A stretch of 64,000 bases of DNA. It comes from Hyphochytrium catenoides (Eukaryota; Protista; Hyphochytriomycota). The stretch's first letter is position 1, and every line of letters begins with the position of its first letter. Position numbers and translations under genes: made by a program. The notes beneath the pieces were generated by a model. The model did not search any database, had not been told where the DNA came from, and saw only the letters and a list, made by a program, of their open reading frames with translations. This document shows, in pieces, positions 54,101 through 64,000 of the stretch. Location of the stretch: the NCBI GenBank assembly GCA_900088475.1, contig FLMG01003519.1:1-64000 (forward strand). Reading direction: 5' to 3'.

Positions 54101-57100
54101 CCGAAGGCCGGTGTTCAGAATCTTGAAGTCGGTGTATCTTCTAAGAGGCTTGAGTATCCTAATACCAAGGTCCTGACGCATTCCGCATTCCTCTTTTGTA
54201 TCGTATTGTACCTTAGTGTGCGCTCTCCAGGCAACCACTTTTCTGAGTACGTAGTGGTTCATAAGCTTCTGTCGTGCGCAGCTATTTTTGAAAAGCCAGA
54301 GCCATTCTCTCAGCCTGTTTGCTTTGCTTTCTCGGTGGAAGGAGATAAGACGGCTAGTAAACTGCCGCAACTTATACCCACGGTAGAATGTTTGAATCCG
54401 GACTGCTGCGCAATGGTAGAACGCGGTGAACGCCTGCATTGAGAATCAATGGCAGAAGTTCACCATACTAATGTTATTCAAAAGAAGAGAGTGGGATGCA
54501 TTGGATATTGAGGTGCGCACAAGAGAAAGCCATCAGAACGAGGAGTCATGAGATGCATATCTAGCTTTTCCTTCTCGGGGGAATAACAGGCCAGTGAGTC
54601 TACCTTAAGAAGCTCTTCTTGGTGTTGGTTGATAGAGCCTCCTTTTTGTATAAAATGCTCCTTCATCAGCCCGAAGATGAGAGAAAGCATTGTCTTCCCT
54701 TTCTTCTTCGCCTGAAGTCGCATCAATTCCTCGATTTCAAGCTCTCTCTCCTCCTCATCATCTCCAGCTGCTTCTTCTTCTTTCATCGATGCTTTGGCGC
54801 TTTTCTTTTCGTGCTTCGTAGACCTGAGATCTGCTTTCTTTGCTTTCGAGAGACATTCTTTTGCCTCCGACTCTTTCCTTTGCCGGTACACCTCCCAGTC
54901 AACAGTGCAGGACTTTCTAGGAAGACAGATCAGGTCAGAAAGCACGAGCGAAGCATCGTACAGTCGCCATCATGCTCCTCTCTTTCTACTCCCAAGCTCT
55001 CAGCTTTGTTAATATGCTCATCTTAGTGTTCTGCTCTCCTGAGGTCACATTCAAGCGATACATCCTCGGGCCCGCGTACCTGATACTTTCTCTTGCACCT
55101 CTCCATCCCTGGGGATGCGTTGCGTTAAGCTTTGGAGCCAGATAGTCGATGGAGTCGAAGACGTCCATTAAAGAGTCGGCGGAAACCTTCACGTGCAATA
55201 CCCCATCCACGATGAAGGCTAGGGCAAAGGACCATAGTAAGCGCGGGGTGAGAAGGGATATCAAGGGCGTAAAATAAGCCAAAAAGAATCTGTACAGAAG
55301 TGCCTGGGATCGGAGATAGTTATGTCAAAAGCGAAGTCAGTCGTGCAACCGATTTGAGGCTCCATTTCACTTTGTTAGAAGGCGGCAGTCCGCGGAATGT
55401 GTAGGTAAGTGGAAATGATGTGAACAGGACAGTTCCTGGGTCTACCTTCCCCAATAGGACGGAACAGGGCCAGCTCTATCTCTTCCTCATCGTCGACACT
55501 GCTTATTTCCTCCTCTCCAAGGCCAGATGTGGTCTCCTCTTCTTCCCCGCTGCTTTCCCCTCTGTCGGTCTGCCTCGCAGAATACGCCTTGGAACTCGGC
55601 TCCGCGCAGTCTCCTCCGTCAACCCCGACCGTCCTCGTGGCTATCGTTGACTGCTGTAGCGCAGAACCTCCGTCTTCTACCTCCTTCATGCCCTTTCTCA
55701 ACCTTGGATTCTTGACTCCATTACGTAGGAAAAGGCCTTTGAAAACCTGGGGCATCATATGAGAAATGGATAAAGGGCTATCTTGGTGGTTCTGGTTGAC
55801 CAGCGACTTATTGCGCTAGTATCTCTCCTTCATCCTCAAGGTATTGCTATTTTGCAGCCCCTTGCCCCTTTCGCTCCACCGTCACAACCTAACCTCCTCC
55901 GCTAAGCTTTTTGGCTCTGTCCGGAAACTCACCTCGTGGTGGACTGCCATGTCATTAATGCCTTCTTCCCGCAGTCGCACCCGCAGCTTTGTCAATGCTT
56001 GGCTAGTTGTTACTTCTGATTCCGTCCATCTTGCTCTCTTTCCTTCCACAGCAGTGTGTTCCCCTCCTTCCTCAAGAGCATAGAGAGCATCCGCTATAAT
56101 GGTGCCGCAGTGTCTGTAGACATCGTTCTGATAGAACTTTGCCAAGTCAAGGATTATCCTTCCCATTTCCTTTCTAGTAAGGCTTACGGGAGGACTATAA
56201 AGAATAAGGAGGAGGTGGGATAGAGAAAGGACTCGTTTGGTCGACAGGGACGGAGGAGATTCCCAGGCTGCTATGAGGTTAGAGAGTGGCTTCACATTCG
56301 CCATCGACATTGCTCGCTGGCCATTTTGCACAACAGTTGTAGTCTTTCGCCTGAGTCCTATCCTTTCTGTCTCGTGCTCTGCTTTGCTTCGTTCTGCTAA
56401 GTCTGAAGCCTCAAAGGCCTTATTGATCACTGGAGCAGCTGCTCGAACTTTTCTGAGCATGTGCTGTCGCGCGTACTGGTACAAGTCCCGTAACTTTTCC
56501 TTGATCTTTCTCCTTGGCTTTTGTGGCCAAAGCCTAGATAGATACTCCATGTCGACGATATGGCTCTGGTCGTATGAGAGAGTGACAAGAATGTAAGGCA
56601 AGACGCCAAGGATATCTTCGTCAGCCTTATTAGACCCATATGAACGAGAACAAGCAGGAAGTTCAGTTGACCGAAGAAAAGCGAGGTTGAAACAGATGAC
56701 GCTGAAGACCACTCTGCGGAGGTCGGCTACAGAGTTGGTAGGTCAGAGCAGGGTGGGAATCATATTTGTGGATGGACGGAAGAGAGTGGAAGGGAAACCG
56801 CCACTGAAAGCGAACCATCCACTTATAGGGTATCGGGAAAGTGCCTGACCTCCTCCTCCCTCGACGAGAGCGACACATTGCGACTCTGATGTGAGGGTCC
56901 TACGGATGGTAGTCCTAAGAGAGAACTTTCTTGAAGGCTCAGCAGAAAGTTGTGAAGATCCTCATCAAGCGTCTTAACGGCTCCAGCAGCCAGCATCTGC
57001 TCCACATCTGCCAACGTAAGAGCGGGGCCCAAACCAATGTTCGCCTGGTGGTGTAAAGAGGATTCAAATCGATAAGATCATATGGCCTATGGTTTAGGAC

Positions 57101-58140
57101 GGGGCGACCCTTGGTGCAACCAGCGACAGACTTAAAGCAAAAGAAACCTATCGAAGAACCTCAGCGATCGTAGAGCCGCAAGGATCGAAAAGTGAGGCTC
57201 TTACGACCTGCAAGCTCAAAGGAGGCAGTATATTTGTTGACGGCAGTGAAGTTCCTGAAAGAGAAGCAGCAGGGCAGCGTCAGCAAGAACAATGAGATAA
57301 GCGGAAACAGAGGTTCAGCCATTGGCAGGGGGATAGACTGATTCCTTGTGTTCGTTCAAGACCCTTTCCTTTGTAACTCTAGGAGAGTAACCCAGAAAGA
57401 GGCTAAACGCCCCGCTGAGAAGAAATATTAATCCATCGGCTAATAGAACAACTGATGGTATGATGGCATGGATATCAAAGGGCCGGAGAAGGACAGACCT
57501 AAGGATTATGGCGTTCTTCCTAATCTCCTTGCTTATCTAACTTAGTCATCTTCTTCTATTCTCCCTCTACGAGGTCTCCCCGTTGTATACTGACCTCGGG
57601 ATACCCCTTTAAAAGAAGAAGATAGGAGCTCATGTCGAGCTTCGTCGATGGATGAGGAGGAAGGCAGCACGGCGACCGTGCTTGGCCGGTTCCTCTCTGG
57701 TTTAGCAGCATTGGAAGGGCTCTGAGGACTGGGAGCGGAGGACCGGCGGCCTTTATGCAATAGAAGAGTCGCCCACTCCGGACCCTGCACCTCATCCTCG
57801 GCGTATATCTAAGAGACAGAGTTCAGGAGACGAGTTTAGTGCTCTTCTCTCTGTCTCTTTTCCTTCTCTTGCTCAGTCTCTCTCTGTGTCCCTCAGCCAT
57901 CTTCTCCCTTTCTCCATGTTCGTCCATCTCTTCCCACTTCTCTCCCTCTATCTTTTCATTCTCGTCTTCACTGATGCTCCAACAAAGTACCTATCCCTGT
58001 TTTTAATGGGTCACATGCTACAACGTCTTCCTTAATGGTCTCATCTTTACCTTGCCAGGAGGTCGCCCACTTGTCTTCTTCGCCAAATCTGGAAGCAACC
58101 TTTCCTTCTTGCCTGGGCTGCCCTCAGTGACAAAGCTCAT
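48142..58140 (-). CDS. Very large multi-exon basic helical protein with an IQ motif and Sfi1-like repeats (possibly more than one gene)
   Basis: Chain of minus-strand exon-like ORFs from ATG at 58140. IQ motif AAVRIQTFYRGYKLR; Sfi1-like spaced F..W motifs (FWPFHVWRR, IFLVVWRRR, EFFSHWSK, IFSRWLLW). Not all junctions were resolved. Confidence 0.5.
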
Positions 58141-58768
58141 TCTTGCAATAGTCCAAACCTGAAGGCCAGGACGCTGCAGAAGTTCCCAGGTTGAGCTATA
58201 CTAAGTCTCTGAGGCTGGGTAGCGCATTGGGCTTATCCTTGTGCCTGTAAAGGACATCGCTGTGGAAATGGCTCGTCTCTCTCCGACCCAGAAGCGTGAT
58301 GTTCTTATGATCCTATCATGGAGGTACTCATTTGCATCCGTCATACTTCCACCTCTTCAAACTGTCAGCATCAGCACTGGCGTCTGTCTTTCTACACCGA
58401 TCACCGGCAGACAATGCGTGAGCGGGGACATGCTGGACTTGAGCTTGATGGGAACCTTCTTCCTATTGGCGGCGGCGGCAGAGGACGGGGTGCTGCTGGT
58501 CTGCAGACGAGGGAGACAGGCAGCCCCATACTTCGGGTCCTCCGTGTACCGTGGACAGAGAGCCTTGTAACGCCGCAGCCTTTCGACAAACACGACATGT
58601 AACCTTATTCGGAATACGGTGTATGATGCAATCATGAATCCGGAATGATAGTCTTTGTTATTAGAAATACCTCCACAGAGACGTGAATAAGTTATGCTTC
58701 GAGACAGCTAACAGTTTATAATGAGGGACGGTAAGCAGAGGTCCGGTCCTTCAACACATGGAAACTCT

Positions 58769-61700
58769 TTACACGGCATCAGGCGCGGCAGTGGTGGCAT
58801 TAGCTGCATTGCCGGCATTGGAGTTGGCGGCGTTTGCCTGAGGATTGGGTCCACTGTTGCTGAGCATCTGTGCTTTGAGAGACTCCACGGTCGGTTTGGT
58901 CCACTGCGTGACGCCGAGTCGGGGATTGCAATAGTATACACGACCTTTCGAGCGGGAGACCTAGGTCGAGGAAATGATAAGGATGAAATGTTAGGGTCGG
59001 ATGTGAAGCCGCTGGTTAACTGCGTGGAATCTACTCACCTTAGCAATCCATCCAGGCGGCAATGGTTCGTCCAGTGCATCGAGACTGAGCGCTTCGGGAG
59101 CAGGAGCTGAAGCAGCCTTCTCCTGGCCACCAACAATCGATGATAGCCCTGTTACACTGGTGGAGATCGAAAGTGGGTTAATCCTAGCGTTAGATCTTTC
59201 CGAAATCGATCCACGCTAGTACCTGTTCGATATGGTGCCAAACGCGCTAGCTAGACCGCCGAAATAATTTGACTTCCGGGAGGCGCCGTTTGCCAGCGAC
59301 TGGCGACCAACCATTGACATTGACGATCGCAGTTCTAGGGATTTAGTCAATAGCATCCGTCAGAGTGGTGACAGGACAGTAAGAGTGAACATCAAGATGC
59401 AAGAGTGAACATCAAGACGCAAGTGTCCAGGCCATTAGTCGTACCATTCGAGCTGTTTCTGCCAGTAGGGGAATTGAGCATTGGTGTTCGCTGTGCCTCC
59501 TCCGGAATGGAGGAAATGGGAGGTAGGGACGGCTTCTCCTGTCCCTGAGGAACGCCTGATGCTCCCTTGAGCTTCGACCCAGCAAAGCCCAAGAAGGAGG
59601 CAGCTGTCCACCGAGAGCCAGCCTGTGTGCCATCCTCAGCCGTAGACCCTGCATTTATAATTGAGTGCCTCTATCTTCATAACATCCCCACAAAGTAATC
59701 CACCTATTAGTGCCCCATATTCCTTGAACTATGGCCCTCTATACATATGTACGTATTATAGAGTTGCTCTAGGTGGAAGGAACTCTTACCGAGGCCGCTG
59801 CCCTTCTCAATGGAGCGCTTGGCAGGCTCCTCCTTCTTGGCACCAAGAGTCCTGAAGTAAGAGCGAGACTGTGACTTTTCCAGCTCAGCAGCCTCTTTCT
59901 CTGCCTGCTTCTCCAATAACTGGAACAGCTGATCCTTCCACTTTTGAGCATCTTCTCTGTACCGCGATGTCACTTTCTCCTTATCTTGGAGCTGCAGAAG
60001 GATAAGACACGCAGCTGTTAGTAGGAAGGTCTTTAAAGAACGAGCAAGAGACATCACAATGGAGAAAGCTGCAGAGCACAAACTGCGAGGAACAATAGCA
60101 AGACAGAGCATTAACAGGGCTGTATCGATCACCTCCCCTTCCAGCTTGCGAATCTTGACATGGGAAGTGGCTTCGATGTACTCCTTCTCGTTTTTAAGCT
60201 TATCATTTTCTCTCTTCAGCTGATCGACCATCGTCTTGTACTTGGCAAGCTCTTCTCTTAGCTTCTTGCCTTCCTGTTGAAGCGTATCTGGAAGAGATAG
60301 TGAAGGTCAGAGATGACAGGGGAAACCGCACACAGGAGGAACGGTTGAACGCGATTGAAGAAGAGATGACGGCTTGGAGAACAATACGTTGAAGTACATT
60401 TGGTCCAGGAACCGATAGCTTACCTATCATTCCTCCTGCATCAGCCATGACGTCCTGCGTTACTGAACCTCGACGTTCTCTTCCTTGAGGAACTGATGTG
60501 GCGCTTAAAGAGGCCCTCATAGCCTCCTCTTGTGCCCTAGCGATAGCCTCCTGAGCTCTCAACTGCTCCTCCTGTTTCAGGGGTGTAAAGTCAACATTTA
60601 GAAAGCAGACGCAAAGTGTCGAATAAAAGAGAACTAGTACTAGGCCAGCTAAGCCACTAAGTTGTACACCCAAATCATTAATCCAGTCAACGGAGCCAGA
60701 TATCTGATACGCAGATCGCCCCAAAAAAGAAGCAGTTTTCTAAGTCGCTCACAGTCTCCATTACCTTCAAGCGCTCTTGAAGTGCCTTCAGCTGATAAGC
60801 CATGTCTGCCTCCCTCTTCTTCTCTTCTAACATCTGGAGAAATTTTGGTCTCCAGAGTACCATTCTTACAAAAGCTTGAATTTTGACAGATGCCTTCCGC
60901 CTTCGAAGGAACTTGCGGCTGCCAAGTGAAGACAAGGTATTTCAAGAACCGATAAGGTAAGGTCAGAACTAAGCTCTGGCCGCAAAAGTTAGACGTTCTG
61001 TACTAAGCTAGAATGTGCAGCCCTTCCAAACAGTGAATAGCAATGGATAGGGTGAAGACAGATTAGACCTTTAGGCAAAGTGCAACATACCGCTGAATGA
61101 AGCCTCTCACGTGCCGTTGAATAATGATGCTTGCACGCTCGCGCCTCAGAGCGGTCGCTACCTGACGACCCTTATAGCCTGCAGAGAACCTCAATTGAGC
61201 ATACAAACTCAATGTAGGAACCGAGGAAGGGCTAGTTTCAAAAAAAGGCTAACTCCATCTAGTAAAATAAAGCATCACACTGGAGCAGAGGGCAGAATGG
61301 TTGCGCTACCTCTCCAGCGAGCCTGAAGCTTGACCATTCCCCTCTTTAATGTCCTATACCGGCGCATGTGGTAGAAGCATCTGAAGACTGCCTGAAGCTT
61401 AATAATGGCGTATCTTGCCCGCTGATAGCGAATAACAGCCATAAAGCCGCGCATGATTCGCTGCAGAAAGGTTGCTTTCTCATCCAAAAACTTCTTGCGG
61501 CGGTCTTCCATCTCTTCCATGACGCCAAACTGAACAAAGAAAAGAGAGTGTGAACTTGATAGGTCGTCATGAGAGGAACGTGGAGAGAAGACGCCAACTG
61601 AAAGAGATCGCCAACGAGGAACGGCAGGGCAACCAATGCCTTAGCGGTGTTGTGAGCATTACCTGGAAGTAAATCTTTGTCCTGCCCAGCTGGAAATTTT

Positions 61701-64000
61701 TTGGCGGTTGGTACCCCAAATTGAGCATCATTTGTTCACACCTAATAACACGCACAGCAGTTATAAGCACGGCCTTGTTCTATGAGCTCTGTCCTTCTCT
61801 TGTTTCCTTACTTGGCCATGGCGTTGCCAGTGATCTTGCTATTCAAAAAGAGTTTGAACCTTGTCAGGCACTGCTCGTGCAGCATCTTATTTGGATAACC
61901 TGCTCTGCTGATACGAATAGCCTCAATCACACCGGCGCAGCGAAGCTGACCGGCGACCTAGAGTCATGATGTCATTACCGACGTGTTAAGGCTCTTCGTC
62001 CAAAGCTCTAAAGTTACATGCCTATCTTACCTGATTCAAGTCCATCTCTGTTGAACTCTTCTTTGGGTTCGGCTTTATGCACCGGACATAGTGGACTTTT
62101 GTGCTCTGAATGTTCGTCATAAGCTCAGTCAAGCTATTCTTGAATTGAGTTCCTACTGTCGAGGTCGCAAGCGACCGCCTCTGCACTCCTCCTCCACCTT
62201 GAGATGTCCCTTCCTTGTCAGCAAACAGCTGGGAAAAAGAGTTTCGTAAGCCAAGCATAGTCTTAAAAGGGGACGCACTAGCAGACTAAAGCCTTAGGAA
62301 CGGATGGTAACCAGGACTTAAGGTGAGAAAGGGATAGTAAACCGGAAAGCAGCCGGAGAAGTCTTCAAATTCACCTCTACGACGAAGGGTATGGAGCTTG
62401 ACCTCATCAAGTCCGTCAAGTCTGGCAAAAGTGCGTCTTTATGCTTCTCTAGAAAGCCTACTGCCTCATAAGTTACGACGCCAGCATAGTGCTTGATAGC
62501 AAACTTGGTTCGAGAGGTCCTGATAAACTCTATAACCTGCACCTCGTCGTCTTTGTGCAAAGTCTGCAACTTGCTGACGAAAGCTTCCTCTGTACCCTTG
62601 GGGCGGGTTACTTCCTCATTGAGAAGAGATATTATACCCATCTTGCTCTCAATAACATCTAACACATCTTGATTGTCCTTGAACTCAATATGATCCCAGG
62701 TTACACCTGCACAGAAAATGAGAAACGATGGATAAGAAGCCTCAAGCCGTCTTCACAAAGGCCAACTAGTAGGACGCGTGAACAGTTCACTCAAACAACT
62801 ATAGCGACGATGTTAGAGAGACGGAGTCTAGACACGAAAGATATCTAACAGAAGATAACAGGAACCACCAGAACCCTGCACTCCGTACTCTTTCGTTACC
62901 CAACTACCTTCTTCCTCGTATTCAATCTGAACGGTCTTGAAGACATCCTGAGTGAATTTTTGCTGCAGCTTCTCATTGGCATAGTTGATGCAAAACTGCT
63001 CGAAGCTGTTGTGCTTGAAGTGCTCGAATCCAAAAATATCCAATATTCCCACTTGAGTGACCATCTATGACCAGGGATTTATTGGGCAAAGACAGGCAGG
63101 GTCAAATAACGAACAGAAGCAAGGAAACCCAGAATGGTTCTGTACAACAACCAGCTTGCTGGGGAGCTGCAAGTTAGCGGAAAGTGCGGCAGAAAGCCCT
63201 TCGCTCACCTTGGCATCATTAGACAGTGAGTTGTTCATAGTTGACACGATCCAGTTGAACATGTTTGAGTAAAGCGCTTTCGAGAGAGCGTCTCTGCAAT
63301 CAGCAGCGTCGGACGCTTTGAGCTGGACTGAGTATACATCGTTTCGGGCCCTATAATAAGTGACTGTTAGCAACATGCGACGCATACGTATAAAGTAAGA
63401 AAACGGCGGGCGAAAGGACGGAGCCAACGGGCGATTTACTTCCCATCCGAGAACTGAGAAATAAGCCCAAAAGAGGGAAACAAAGAAGCATAATTGTTCT
63501 AACCTCATGGTCCTAGTGCAGAATGCCTTTTCAATAGCTTCCGGAGCACAACCTAGAAGTTCCGTCACAGCAGCAAGAGAGTCTTTATTTGCAATCTCCG
63601 ATTCCTCATCGTTGGACTCCTTCGGCTTGAATGTGATCTCTCCAAGGTGGAGAACGGCGCTTACTGTCCTCATTAGCGCTCTGAGAAACGTCAATAACAA
63701 TTAGCTTTAGATTGATATTTGTCAAGTGGCAAACAGATCCTGAGAACAGTTTGATCCTGGAAACAAGCACAGAAAGGCACAGACAATCATGGAGTCGAGC
63801 GTCGCAGTAGGACTCCAAGTACCCTAGAATCTGGACAGAAGCGCAGTTGCTTTTTACCGAAGTGTAGCATCATCAAGTCCGATCGCTCTCAGCGCCTTGA
63901 CAGTCACTTCCCACGTAGGAGAGTCTCTCGCCTTCTCATTCTTACTACCTCCAAAATATACGTAGTCCTTCGCCTTATTTACTAGGTACTCTGCAGCCTC
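58769..64000 (-). CDS. Unconventional myosin: motor, 4 IQ, coiled coil, C-terminal WW (5' end off-window)
   Basis: [72 protein letters not shown]; IQ motifs; spliced [10 protein letters not shown]|[23 protein letters not shown]; TAA at 58769. Confidence 0.93.
59381..59423. repeat. 20-bp tandem duplication in a myosin intron
   Basis: aagagtgaacatcaaga(t/c)gc twice. Confidence 0.9.

Noticed and set aside
57841-57970. CT/GA-rich tract
   Set aside because: Low-complexity intron sequence with no further structure.

Overview
Compact, intron-rich eukaryotic genomic DNA (about 50% GC, standard genetic code, GT-AG introns wherever I traced them, many only 50-70 nt). The gene content suggests a stramenopile (inference). 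I can support about 16 protein genes. Housekeeping or well-recognised genes: a CELF/Bruno RNA-binding protein, proteasome alpha-5, an RCC1-repeat protein, DDX42, cytosolic leucyl-tRNA synthetase, HINT, a dual-specificity phosphatase, a RING-H2 ligase and a myosin with a C-terminal WW domain. There is also a decayed-transposon region at about 21-23.3 kb. Four unusual architectures appear only after manual splicing. (1) A TMEM181/Wntless-like multipass domain is fused to a class-3 lipase with an intact GHSLG motif. (2) An integrase-derived H2C2-like domain that has lost all four zinc ligands is spliced to an NLS and a PPC/DUF296 domain, resembling plant AHL proteins. (3) A giant EF-hand / RanBP2 zinc finger / >=22 Tudor-repeat protein has a >4.9 kb exon that the ORF track misses. 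(4) An IQ-WW-IQ-WW / dead trypsin / FN3 / ARM pseudoprotease. All domain calls come from recognising motifs by eye; no database search was run. No rRNA, tRNA or CRISPR array was recognised.
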